Source: a virus. From it: a stretch of 64,000 nt of DNA. Under the pieces are notes generated by a model. That model did not search any database. It saw nothing but the letters and a program-made list of their open reading frames with translations, and was not told the DNA's origin. A program made the translations under genes and the position numbers. Location of the stretch: IMG/VR virus record IMGVR_UViG_3300049846_001597, positions 1 to 64,000 of that record; one strand, written 5' to 3'. This document shows positions 55,136 through 64,000 of the stretch, piece after piece; position 1 is the stretch's first letter, and every line of letters begins with the position of its first letter.

Positions 55136-56020
55136 ATGACCAACGCCTGGGATCGCCTGATGGAGCAATCGACGCTGGAGGACGACGCCGCCCCCACGCA
55201 AGCGCCGCTTGAGCGTTTCGCCCGGTTGCAGGCAGAAGTCACCACCTCGGAAACCTATAAGGAAACCTGCCCGAAGTGCCGTGGCACGGGCCGCTTCCGC
55301 AGCTACGGCGCGTGCTACACCTGCAAGGGCGTCGGCCACCGCGAGTACAAGACCTCGCCGCAAACCCGCCAAGCTAACCGCGACCGCGCGCACGCCCGCC
55401 ACGCCGCCAAAATCGAAGGTTTTGCCCGCACGTATCCCAATGAGGTGGCTTGGATGAACGCCAAGCAAGCCACCTTCGGCTTCGCAGGCAAGATGCTGCA
55501 AGCGCTGATGCAATACGGCGAGCTGACCGAGCGCCAACTCGAAACCGTGCAGCGCCTGATGACCCAAGACGCCGAGCGCGCCGCCGCCCGCAAGGTCGAA
55601 GCGGAAACCCGCGCCGCCGCCGCCTCGACGGTTTCGGTCGAAGCTCTGGAAACCGCTTACGCCACCGCGCGTGAAAACGGCATCCGTTTCCCGAAGCTGC
55701 CGCTGACGTGGCAGAACCCGGAAGACAAGGATGACGCGCAGACCTTCCTGTTCAAAACGTCGCAGAAGGGGCCGATCTACGTCACCGAGTCGGGCGAGTA
55801 CCTGGGCAAGATCACCGAGGGCAAGTTCTTCGGCGTGCGCGCCTGCTCGAAGCAAACCGAGGAGCGCATTGTCGCCATCTGCGCCGATCCTAAGCAAGCC
55901 GCTATCGCCTATGGCCGCCGCTTTGGCGTCTGCTGCAAGTGCGGTCGCGAGCTGACCAACAAGGCCAGCATCGAACTCGGCATCGGCCCGATCTGCGCAG
56001 CAAAGTACGGGTGGGCTTGA
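55136..56020 (+). CDS. DUF6011-like Zn-finger protein with DnaJ-type CxxCxGxG repeats
   Basis: CPKCRGTG, CYTCKGVG; C-terminal G.CC.CGRELT...SI..GIGPICA.K. Confidence 0.75.
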   Translation: MTNAWDRLMEQSTLEDDAAPTQAPLERFARLQAEVTTSETYKETCPKCRGTGRFRSYGACYTCKGVGHREYKTSPQTRQANRDRAHARHAAKIEGFARTYPNEVAWMNAKQATFGFAGKMLQALMQYGELTERQLETVQRLMTQDAERAAARKVEAETRAAAASTVSVEALETAYATARENGIRFPKLPLTWQNPEDKDDAQTFLFKTSQKGPIYVTESGEYLGKITEGKFFGVRACSKQTEERIVAICADPKQAAIAYGRRFGVCCKCGRELTNKASIELGIGPICAAKYGWA

Positions 56021-56045
56021 CGCTCCAGCATCCGTGTACTACATT
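56017..56045 (+). promoter_or_regulatory. Promoter with GTGTACTACAT site
   Basis: TTGACG-17-TACATT. Confidence 0.7.
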
Positions 56046-56070
56046 CATCTCATCGGAACGGAGACGCCTT

Positions 56071-56403
56071 ATGACCCACACCGCCGCTCAACTCGCCGCC
56101 ATCGAAGCGTTCGTGCAAGCGCTGCAAACTAAGTTCGACGCCGAAGGCCCAGGCTACGGCCCAGGCGAGCTGCACCACACGGTTTTCTCGGTCGAGTACG
56201 GCCCGAAATACGCGCGCATCGTTGAGACGAAGTACGCTGGCAGCCGCTCGGTCTATTGCTTCGTTGAGATCGCAACCGGCGACATCCTGAAGTCGGCGAG
56301 CTGGAAGGCTCCGGCCAAGGGCGCGCGCGGCACCATCCTGACGCCGACCTTCGGCGTCGAGTTCTGCGACCGCTTCGGCGGCTCGCTCTACAAGCGCCGC
56401 TAG
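56071..56403 (+). CDS. Conserved phage early protein
   Basis: G.KYARIV......SVYCFV....GDILK.ASWKAPAK.ARG. Confidence 0.75.
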   Translation: MTHTAAQLAAIEAFVQALQTKFDAEGPGYGPGELHHTVFSVEYGPKYARIVETKYAGSRSVYCFVEIATGDILKSASWKAPAKGARGTILTPTFGVEFCDRFGGSLYKRR

Positions 56404-56414
56404 GAGGAACTGAC

Positions 56415-56723
56415 ATGCCTAAACTTTGGATCAAACGTGACGCGCCGGGCGCGTATTTCAGCCCGCTCATTGACGGCAAGCGCTATTGGGCTTGGCGCAA
56501 CAACGAAGAGGGCGGCTGGTGGCGCGTTGATATGGTTGATGAGCGCCTCGACGGCAAGCCGGTGATCGGTACGGCGTGCTTCCGTCTTCTCAAAGACGCC
56601 GACGACTTCATCCGCGCCATTCCTGTGCGCCGCCGCAACATCATGTCGGGCGACTACTTCATCGAGCGCGTCGACACCCCGTATTATCTCTCGCCGTCGA
56701 GCGAGACGTATTGGAGTTCGTAG
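56415..56723 (+). CDS. Conserved hypothetical phage protein
   Basis: RNIMSG....E..DTPYY.SPSSETYWS. Confidence 0.7.
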   Translation: MPKLWIKRDAPGAYFSPLIDGKRYWAWRNNEEGGWWRVDMVDERLDGKPVIGTACFRLLKDADDFIRAIPVRRRNIMSGDYFIERVDTPYYLSPSSETYWSS

Positions 56724-56779
56724 AGCTTGCGCTAGCACTATTCGTGTAGTGCATATCTTGCTGGGAACGGAGGCTGAAA

Positions 56780-57151
56780 ATGATCGACACACGCAAACCC
56801 TATCGCCAATTCGACCGTAAAGACGAATATGGCGGCGGCGAAGACCGCGTCACCGTTGGCCTGAATTACGGCAACGACACGCGGCTCATCGTAGAGTCCA
56901 GCCACAAAGGCCGGGTCGAACGCTATCGCAGCGACTCGAAGCTCGAAATCCACCCGTGCTGGCGCGATGACGGCAGTGTGCTGATCGAACTCAGCGTCAC
57001 CAATTACTCGCGCAATGGCGCGCGCCGCACGTCCTACCAATCGTTGGTGCTGCCACGCGATGCGGCTGACGCCATCGCCAAGGTGCTCAACAACCGGCCC
57101 GCCAACGAAGCCTTGGCGGAAATGCCAAACACAACGAAGATCGAACGATGA
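56780..57151 (+). CDS. Hypothetical protein
   Basis: RBS ACGGAGG; preceded by degenerate operator GTGTAGTGCAT at 56744. Confidence 0.65.
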   Translation: MIDTRKPYRQFDRKDEYGGGEDRVTVGLNYGNDTRLIVESSHKGRVERYRSDSKLEIHPCWRDDGSVLIELSVTNYSRNGARRTSYQSLVLPRDAADAIAKVLNNRPANEALAEMPNTTKIER

Positions 57152-57316
57152 GCTACGTCCTACGCCACCTCAAGACCGGCGAATACTTGAAGCGCCCGTT
57201 TGCGCGCACCACTGATATTGCCGAAGCGCAGCGCTTTTCCAACGCAGGCGAGGCCGCGCGCTACAAGCGCACGCAGGTGCGCATGCCGCAGAACTGGACT
57301 GAGGACAAAGCCGACG

Positions 57317-57640
57317 ATGAGTGACGTAAAAGAGAAGACCAAGCCCGGCGACTCCATCACCGACCTCATCCGCAAGCATGGTGCGGACACCAAGCGCGAG
57401 GAAGAAAAGACCGAGACGCCGAAGAAGAAGTGGCGCAACGTCTTTCAAGCGATGGAGGATGGGCTAGTGTGGCAAGGCCCGCCGACGCCGGGCGAGCCGC
57501 TCAAGTCTGGCGACATCGTGTTCGGCAAGAACACCTATCGCACGGCGGAGGCGGCGCGCAAGGCTTGCATCGCTGGCATCATGGCTGGCCGCTGGCACCC
57601 GCTGGCGTTCTTCTATCTTGGACCGGAGGAAGTGGAGTGA
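57317..57640 (+). CDS. Hypothetical protein
   Basis: Coupled ORF MSDVKEK. Confidence 0.5.
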   Translation: MSDVKEKTKPGDSITDLIRKHGADTKREEEKTETPKKKWRNVFQAMEDGLVWQGPPTPGEPLKSGDIVFGKNTYRTAEAARKACIAGIMAGRWHPLAFFYLGPEEVE

Positions 57641-57812
57641 GCCCGATCACGCTCTACTTCGCCATCCAATTCTTCATCATGGCGCAGAGCATGTCCGAAG
57701 ACGCCGCCGTGCCAGAGGGAGAGCGCCTGTGGTGGTTCCTCGGGCTCAACGTACTTGGCTTGCTGCTGCTTGTCGCCGCCAATGAGCGGAGGGAGAAGAA
57801 ATAAGCCTCAGC

Positions 57813-58259
57813 TTAAGCCGCCAACAGCAACGCAATCGCCTCGTCATCATCATTGGCGGGGCGCTTAGCGGCGCGCTGGTGGGCGCTGATCGCAGCCTCT
57901 AGGCGGACCAACTCGGCCACCGCCGCTTCGCGCGTCATCTCTTGCGTTGGCGCTGGAGCGCCAACAGCCTCGACCACACCGGCGCTGACGGAAGCACGCT
58001 GCGCCACCGCAAGCACCGCCATCAACCCCGCCATCGAGACGCGCCGGTCGTCTTGCTCGTAAACCAATGAGCCAGCGAGGCGCACCACGCCAGAGCGCGT
58101 CGTGACCGCAACCGCTGCGTCTTCAAGTGTACCCGTCGCCGTGGCGACGCCAGCCGCCGATCCGGCCAGCGCACCCACGATTGCACCGCCGCCGCCGCTT
58201 GGGCGGAAAAACTGGTTGAAGTAATCTTCAGGCCAGTAGGGGGTGTTGAACGTGCTCAT
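57813..58259 (-). CDS. Virion-module hypothetical protein
   Basis: F...YW...YF N-terminus; C-terminal DDDEAIALLL. Confidence 0.55.
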   Translation of the reverse strand: MSTFNTPYWPEDYFNQFFRPSGGGGAIVGALAGSAAGVATATGTLEDAAVAVTTRSGVVRLAGSLVYEQDDRRVSMAGLMAVLAVAQRASVSAGVVEAVGAPAPTQEMTREAAVAELVRLEAAISAHQRAAKRPANDDDEAIALLLAA

Positions 58260-59023
58260 CAGTCGAGATCATAACTCAAGCTGGTGCGGTTGCCGTCCAC
58301 ATCGACGGTCGCCGTGATCCGATCTTGGTCATCAGCCACAGCATTGCGGAACGTGATGGTGGTCGTGCCGCCGCCAGAAACCTTGCCACCTGTAGCCGCC
58401 GCAATGAGACGCAGTGCTTGGCGAAGCGTCAGGCCCGTCTCAACGTCTTCCTCGTCCAACAGGTAGGTTGAGAAGATGGCCGCATCCAACTCAACCGCTG
58501 GCGCAATCGAGCCTATAAGCTCGCCTGTGGCGTAACGCACCGCCGAGGTAGTAGCGACGCCCGCGCTCGCGCCGACGCCCCACGCCTTAGCTGTGATCGA
58601 TCCAGACGCAGTAGCGACGCCTGCCGCCGCAGCGGAGCCAGAGAGCGCCGCGATGACGTTGCCTGAAACCGTCGCGACGCCCGCCGCCGATCCGACGCCA
58701 GAGGTGACAAGCTGACCGCTGCCGGTGGCGGTTGCGACCCCATCGGCGGTTGCGGCGATGTTGCGGCCAGACGCCATCGCGCCACTGGCGGTGGCGACGC
58801 CTTGGGCTGAGTTGTGCGAGGAGAGGCCGCCCGTCTTGAGCGGCAGCACCCAGCTTGACGGCGCAAGGTTGCCTGATGGGATGCCAGATTTCGCCGCCCA
58901 GCCGCCTGCGCCCGCAAACACATTGCGCCGGTTGCCGCGCGCGACAAACGCGCGCTCTTGCGTCGCACCGCGCGGGTGAAGCGGATACTGCGCTGCGATG
59001 GCGTTATTTTGAAGCAGCGCCAC
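58259..59023 (-). CDS. Ala/Gly/Thr-repeat fibre-like structural protein
   Basis: Repeated (A/S)xGVAT.SG; C-terminal TLRQALRLIAA...GK.SG...RITATVD..GNR. Confidence 0.7.
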   Translation of the reverse strand: MALLQNNAIAAQYPLHPRGATQERAFVARGNRRNVFAGAGGWAAKSGIPSGNLAPSSWVLPLKTGGLSSHNSAQGVATASGAMASGRNIAATADGVATATGSGQLVTSGVGSAAGVATVSGNVIAALSGSAAAAGVATASGSITAKAWGVGASAGVATTSAVRYATGELIGSIAPAVELDAAIFSTYLLDEEDVETGLTLRQALRLIAAATGGKVSGGGTTTITFRNAVADDQDRITATVDVDGNRTSLSYDLD

Positions 59024-59026
59024 GCA

Positions 59027-59920
59027 TCAGCCCCAACCGAAATCGACGGAGCCGTAGAAGTTGGTCGAGGCCGCGACCGCCGCGCCCGTGAACAGAAGCC
59101 ACGTCAAGCACGCATCATCCGGTATCTTCGGCAAGCTTGGCAGCTGGTTCATCAAGTCGCGCTCTGCGCCAACTGACACGGTGGTCAGAGGCAGCGTCAG
59201 AATCGGGCGGCACAGAACAAGCGCGGCGAGCGGCGCGGTGCCAGCCGATGAGGCCGACATTGTAACCGACGCCACGTTGCGGATGCCGTAGTCGCCGTTC
59301 GCCAACGGCAGGAAGGGGCCGTAGTTGTTGGCGGCGGTGCCTGAGTGCGTGATGTGCGGGGTGATCGCTGACGCGGTGCAAGCCACAGTCACAGGCAGCG
59401 TGTTGCCGGTGTTGCCGTCTTGGTCGGTGTAGCTGATGTTGATGTTGTGCGCGGTCGCGCCCACCGTGCCCGAGTACGGCACGAGATATGCGCGCACGCC
59501 GACGCCATTGGTGTAGCGCAGCGACGGCGTACCCGAGAGGTTTTGCGCCACGGCGGAGTTGAGCGAGATGTTATTCCAGTAGCCGCACATATCGACCAGC
59601 ATCAGCACCGATGGAACGCCGGTCGCAACGCCCGTAACTGCGGCGACGTTCAAGACGTGCTTGGTGTCGGTTGACACGTTGCCGCCATGACGGAGGCCAA
59701 AAATCTGCGTGCCGTTGCCGCTGGTTTCCGTGCAGGCCGTCCACGTCAGCGACGTGCCAGCCCAGGCGTTTGCAACCGGCGTGCCGCCAAGTGCGCTCAT
59801 ATCGTACCAGCGGCCAGCAGTGTAGGCGGCAGCGCCCGTGATCTTGTTCCAGTCGTTGCGCCAGAACTTGCCGTTGGTGGTGACTTCGGTGATGAAGTCG
59901 TCGTGCGATGACCAGCCCAT
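59027..59920 (-). CDS. Virion structural protein (paralogue B)
   Basis: L.L.D...Y, RYT.G.GV, SYT...G, F.PLA.GD.GIR.V.S.T, ACL, WG end. Confidence 0.7.
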   Translation of the reverse strand: MGWSSHDDFITEVTTNGKFWRNDWNKITGAAAYTAGRWYDMSALGGTPVANAWAGTSLTWTACTETSGNGTQIFGLRHGGNVSTDTKHVLNVAAVTGVATGVPSVLMLVDMCGYWNNISLNSAVAQNLSGTPSLRYTNGVGVRAYLVPYSGTVGATAHNINISYTDQDGNTGNTLPVTVACTASAITPHITHSGTAANNYGPFLPLANGDYGIRNVASVTMSASSAGTAPLAALVLCRPILTLPLTTVSVGAERDLMNQLPSLPKIPDDACLTWLLFTGAAVAASTNFYGSVDFGWG

Positions 59921-59923
59921 GTG

Positions 59924-60790
59924 TTAGCCCCAAGCAAAGGTGACGTGGCCGCGCACCACGGATGATGTTGATGACGCGCCAGACGTGAAGATATGATTGA
60001 GGCACGCGCCGGATTGGACTTCCAGCGTGCGGCCATCGTGAATGTATGGCGTCTTTTCAGAAGCCGTCGAAGTCTCGCGCAAGATTTGCTGAATAAGCGG
60101 CTTCACCAAAACCAGCGAGATGAACCCGCCAGCCGATGCGCTCAGCGTGATCGATTGCACAGAGCGCACGCCCGCGTCGTTATCCGCAAGCGGAATGAAC
60201 GGCGTGCGCTGGCCTGCGCCAGCCGTTGAGTTTGCCGCGCAATTGATCGTGCCAAGGTTTGCGGTGTTGAGGTAAAACGTCGCCGTGCGACCCGAGACGC
60301 CAGCGCTGTTGGTGTAGCTCACCGTCGCTGTTGCCGTCGCCGTTTGCGGCACGGTGCAGACGGCCATTATTTGCACGCCTTCGCCGCTCGTATAGCGGGT
60401 GAGGCTTGCCGTGTTGTCCAAGTCCTGCTGATCGGTCGAGTCCATATCGAGCAGCGGATAGTGACCGAGGTAGTCGCAGAGAATGTAATAGGCCGGGGCC
60501 ATGTTGGCCGTGGAGCACTGAAGCTGCGCGTCCACGATCACCTTATCTTCGCCGGAGGCGGGCGAGGGGCCAGCATAGATGCCGAAGTTGCCTGCGCCCG
60601 TGAGCGGCGTAAATTCGCCCTGGACGCCAACGTAGGCGTTGTAGCGCGGGATGCCTGCGCCGACGCTTAGGTCAGCCCAATTGGCCGCCGCGCCAAGCAC
60701 GGGCGAGGTTGTCTTGTGAATGAAGCTCGTCCAGCTCTTGCCGCCATCACTGGCTGAATTGGCAAGCTCGACAAGGCGATCAAAGGACAC
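59924..60790 (-). CDS. Virion structural protein (paralogue A)
   Basis: Same motif series as 59027..59920. Confidence 0.7.
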   Translation of the reverse strand: MSFDRLVELANSASDGGKSWTSFIHKTTSPVLGAAANWADLSVGAGIPRYNAYVGVQGEFTPLTGAGNFGIYAGPSPASGEDKVIVDAQLQCSTANMAPAYYILCDYLGHYPLLDMDSTDQQDLDNTASLTRYTSGEGVQIMAVCTVPQTATATATVSYTNSAGVSGRTATFYLNTANLGTINCAANSTAGAGQRTPFIPLADNDAGVRSVQSITLSASAGGFISLVLVKPLIQQILRETSTASEKTPYIHDGRTLEVQSGACLNHIFTSGASSTSSVVRGHVTFAWG

Positions 60791-61222
60791 TTAGTCCTCC
60801 GTGATGTCGAGGTCGCCCGCTGCAAACTGAGGCTGGATGCCAGACGAGACAGCAAGCGATGACGTCAGCGCGCCCTTGTAAAGCACCTTGCCGGTCGAGC
60901 TTGAAGCCGTGCCGACTGCGAAGTGCGTGACCGTCTCCGAACCCCCCGTGCATTGGGGAAACTGAATGATTGCCGTGTTGCTGACGGCGTTGCCGCTAAC
61001 CGTCCAACCGCCGCTGTCTCGCGTCACCGCCACGCGCGCATAGGACGTGTAAGCACACTCGCTGGTGGTTTGCGAGCCAGCTTCACCTGGGTCAGCGGTG
61101 TGCAAGCTCACATAGAGGCTCGTCAGTGGCGACGATGCCGCATTGTCTGCGATGTTGGCGATGGCTGTGCCATTGAAGATCAGCTTCAGCAGATCGTTCT
61201 CGAATGTATTGCCCTTGCTCAT
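60791..61222 (-). CDS. Conserved virion fibre-base-like protein
   Basis: FEN.LL.LIF....LYVSLHTADPGE.G...T.E..Y..YAR.AV.R. Confidence 0.75.
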   Translation of the reverse strand: MSKGNTFENDLLKLIFNGTAIANIADNAASSPLTSLYVSLHTADPGEAGSQTTSECAYTSYARVAVTRDSGGWTVSGNAVSNTAIIQFPQCTGGSETVTHFAVGTASSSTGKVLYKGALTSSLAVSSGIQPQFAAGDLDITED

Positions 61223-61233
61223 ACGTCTTGATC

Positions 61234-64000
61234 CTATGCCGGTTCTGCGCCGATGATCTTACCTTCATCATCACGCACGATGCGCTTGGGGCCGCTGCTG
61301 CGCTCAACCGCTTTCGCCATAGCCTTGATGGCTTCCGCCGTTGCGGATTGAGCTGAGGCTTGAGCTGAGGAGGACGCAGCGTTGGATGAGGCGGCGGCCT
61401 TCTTTTCCCCATCCTTTTTGGCCGCAGCTGCGGCCTGCGCTTTGGCTTTCTCTTTGTCAGCCTTGATACGCTCCGCCTCTAGCGTGGCGTTGACCCTGAT
61501 CTCCTCGGCTTGGAGCAGGCGATCTTTGTCGCCTTCGCGGGCGCTGTGCTCGCGCTCGGCCTTCTTGTCTTCGGCGTCTTGCACAATCTTACGCAGCTGG
61601 GCGAGAAGGTTATCCTTCGACGTCGCTTGCTCGTGCGCTAAGCGCAAGCGCTCCAGCGTCGTCTTCTCCGCCTCGCGTGCGTGCGTTTCGCCGCGATCCG
61701 CTTCATCGACAGCGGCTTTGTGCGCCTCGATGTCTACGCGACGGCTCTCAATGTTGACCCGCTCCGATTCGAGCATGGCGTTGTGCTCGTTGAGCTGCAT
61801 CGCCGCTTGCGCCTGCAGCTCAGCGGCGGCCACTTCACGCTCACGCAGCGCCAGCTCCTTGGCGCGAAATTGCGTTTCGGCCATCGCCGCTTGCGCCTTG
61901 GCTTGCTCGGCTTGGAGCCGCTGCTGGATTTCTTGCTGCTTGGTCGTTGCTTCCTGCATGCGGAGTTGCGGCTCCTGCGCCGCGCCTCCTACTTGCGCTT
62001 CCAACAACGCCGCTTCAGCATGCACCTTGCGTGCTTCGCCTTGCTCTAGATTGAGCTGCGCTTGGGCTTGCGCATCCATCATCGGGTTCGGCTTCGCCAT
62101 CAGCTTCTCAGGCTCAGTCATGCGGCTATCGACAAACGCGCGCTTCAGCAGCTCCGCTTGATCGACGCCGGGGTTGCCCAAGAATTGGAGCGCAAATTGC
62201 AGCTTCGCCAGACGCTGCGTCTCAGTCACCGCGCTCGGGTCGGCGACTGGACGGATGTCCATGTCAGAGAGATCGAAATCCTTGGCCGGATCGAACATCT
62301 CTTGTTGCGGCTGCTGCGGCATCTGCGCCGCAAGCGCCGCCTGCATCTGCGAGGGATCGAAACCCGGCGCGCCTTGTTGTGCGTTCTGTGCGCCCTGCGG
62401 GACCGGCAATTGGGATGGGTCTGATCCAACCGGCAAACCCATCCCAACGCCAGCGCCGGGTGAAGGAGAAACACCCGGCTGAGGCCCCCCGGCCCCAACT
62501 TGCCCCGCTGCACCCTGAGAGGCTGGAGTAGGGAACGGCAGCACTTGACCCATCTGCGGCTGCGGTGCAGCTGGGCCTTGTTGCGGCGCGCCCACTTGCT
62601 CTGCGCCCGGCAAGTTAGTCGGCGCTTGGCCTGCGCCCGTGTCGTTGCCAAACTCCGGCAACGGCGGCTGCGCATCCAAGAATCGGTTGTAGTCTTCGAC
62701 GCTGAGATAGCGTGCGTTGAGCCGATACAGCAACTCAAATTCGCGCGTCATCGAACGATAGATGCGCTTGTAGATTGCCGAGAACACCTGCAAGCCTTGT
62801 TCGATCAAAGCGAGCGTGGAGGTTGCGGGCTGCGTGCCGGGCGCGTCGCCTGTGAGCACGTCTTTAACGCTGGTGATGTCCTTGGCGGAGCCGATCAGAA
62901 ACTCAAGCAGCGAGAAGAGTGTCGGGTTCGGCCCCGGAAACTCCATCATATACACAACGTCTTTGACGTTGTGTGCGCCGGGGATCATCTTGAGTTTATT
63001 GGGCTCAAGGTCAAGCTGACCCGAGCGGGTTTTCACCTGCGCGCCGAGGAAGCCGGTCATCGTGTTGGCGAGGTGGCCTGCGTCGATCAGCTCATTGATG
63101 GTGGTGTCGATCACCGCCGAGATCGGCGCGAGCAGCTGCCCGAAACCCATGCCGTAGTAGTTGCCCTCAGGATCGGGCAGGAAGTTGTAGTCAATCCAGG
63201 GGATCACCCGCTTGATCGAGAGAATGTGTGGATAAGTTTGGCCGCTGGCTTGATCGAACGCCTCGACCACCTCGACATCTTCAATGTCGTACGCCGGGTC
63301 GATCCGCACCACCTTGCCGGTGTCTTTGTGGACAGTGACGATGTAGGGCTCAGCGAGGTGATCTTCATCGAGGTCTTCGTAACGGCACTGTTCGAGGTAG
63401 TCGCACGGCTTCTGGCTGTCGCCGTCATCGTGCGGGTAATCGTGCTCCAGCCAAATCGGTTGCTCGCCGCGCGTCAGGCGCTGGACTTCGTAGGGGTACT
63501 TCTTGAGGATGTGGGTGATGCGCGGCGCAAGCTCCAAGCTCGGCGCATCACACGGCACGCACACATCGATGGCCGAAACGAAATCGAGACGCACGCGATT
63601 GAGCGTCGTGTCCCAATAGACTTTGCGGAAGCCGTGACCAACAGCGGGGAGGGCGTGCAGCAGCGTGTCGGTGCCGGGCTCCCATTCGGTGCAGCGGTAC
63701 ACCAGCTGATCGTTGGCGAAGGCCGCCGAACGCTGCGCGCGCTTGGTCTTCTCGCCCGCTGCATCGTCACCCACCACTTTGGCTTCGATCACTTCGTCGC
63801 CGCGCATCAGTTGCGGCGCTGCGCGCGCAGCGAATTGCATGCAGGCCGTGGTTAACAGCGGGTACTTGATATTTGAGGCGCCTTTGTAGGGCGTGTTCTT
63901 GGCTTCAGGTTTGCGCTGGGTCGCCGTCTTCAAATATTCCTTGGCGGCGTCGCGCCAGTCGCTGCGACTGGCTTCATCGATCTCAAACTCGCGCACGACA
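61234..64000 (-). CDS. Portal protein (5' end outside window)
   Basis: ID..SR..W, K..P..GASN.KYPLLT.A..QF.AR, G..F.KVY, F.P.P.G..YG.G.G, NELIDAG.L.N, A..EQGL.VFSAIYKR.YR. Confidence 0.9.
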   Translation of the reverse strand, partial: VVREFEIDEASRSDWRDAAKEYLKTATQRKPEAKNTPYKGASNIKYPLLTTACMQFAARAAPQLMRGDEVIEAKVVGDDAAGEKTKRAQRSAAFANDQLVYRCTEWEPGTDTLLHALPAVGHGFRKVYWDTTLNRVRLDFVSAIDVCVPCDAPSLELAPRITHILKKYPYEVQRLTRGEQPIWLEHDYPHDDGDSQKPCDYLEQCRYEDLDEDHLAEPYIVTVHKDTGKVVRIDPAYDIEDVEVVEAFDQASGQTYPHILSIKRVIPWIDYNFLPDPEGNYYGMGFGQLLAPISAVIDTTINELIDAGHLANTMTGFLGAQVKTRSGQLDLEPNKLKMIPGAHNVKDVVYMMEFPGPNPTLFSLLEFLIGSAKDITSVKDVLTGDAPGTQPATSTLALIEQGLQVFSAIYKRIYRSMTREFELLYRLNARYLSVEDYNRFLDAQPPLPEFGNDTGAGQAPTNLPGAEQVGAPQQGPAAPQPQMGQVLPFPTPASQGAAGQVGAGGPQPGVSPSPGAGVGMGLPVGSDPSQLPVPQGAQNAQQGAPGFDPSQMQAALAAQMPQQPQQEMFDPAKDFDLSDMDIRPVADPSAVTETQRLAKLQFALQFLGNPGVDQAELLKRAFVDSRMTEPEKLMAKPNPMMDAQAQAQLNLEQGEARKVHAEAALLEAQVGGAAQEPQLRMQEATTKQQEIQQRLQAEQAKAQAAMAETQFRAKELALREREVAAAELQAQAAMQLNEHNAMLESERVNIESRRVDIEAHKAAVDEADRGETHAREAEKTTLERLRLAHEQATSKDNLLAQLRKIVQDAEDKKAEREHSAREGDKDRLLQAEEIRVNATLEAERIKADKEKAKAQAAAAAKKDGEKKAAASSNAASSSAQASAQSATAEAIKAMAKAVERSSGPKRIVRDDEGKIIGAEPA

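Overview
The window is most of a GC-rich tailed-phage genome. It has a P22/T7-type short tail, and GcrA-like and DnaA-C-like HTH proteins point to an alphaproteobacterial host. Left to right: (1) a DnaA-C-like HTH gene running off the left edge, divergent from an operon of two amidoligases, a gamma-glutamylcyclotransferase and an HTH gene; (2) a long minus-strand accessory array at 5-17.6 kb with two DUF6745-like paralogues, HNH, HAD, DUF433, a stand-alone GGQ release-factor domain and a catalytically empty IS1595-like Zn-ribbon protein; (3) lambdoid-type replication genes (initiator with internal iterons, DnaB) and recombination genes (ParB/DGQHR, HNH, RecT/Bet, NinB); (4) lysis genes (holin and spanins; no endolysin recognised); (5) the virion module on the minus strand (tail, ejection proteins, adaptor, capsid, scaffold, GroES, portal running off the right edge), interrupted by plus-strand islands and a tRNA(CAT)/OMP module. 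No terminase, integrase or DNA polymerase is visible. Three signals stand out. About nine separate genes interleaved among the tail/ejection genes share an N-terminal 'LRxALxxA(L/I)' helix, mostly also carry a hydrophobic Gly/Ala segment, and have different cargo domains. A regulon is marked by the palindrome ATGTA-c/g-TACAT overlapping the -10 box of six promoters. A Met-Thr-Met minigene/hairpin switch lies directly behind a tRNA(CAT). All family assignments are by motif recognition from memory; no database search was run.
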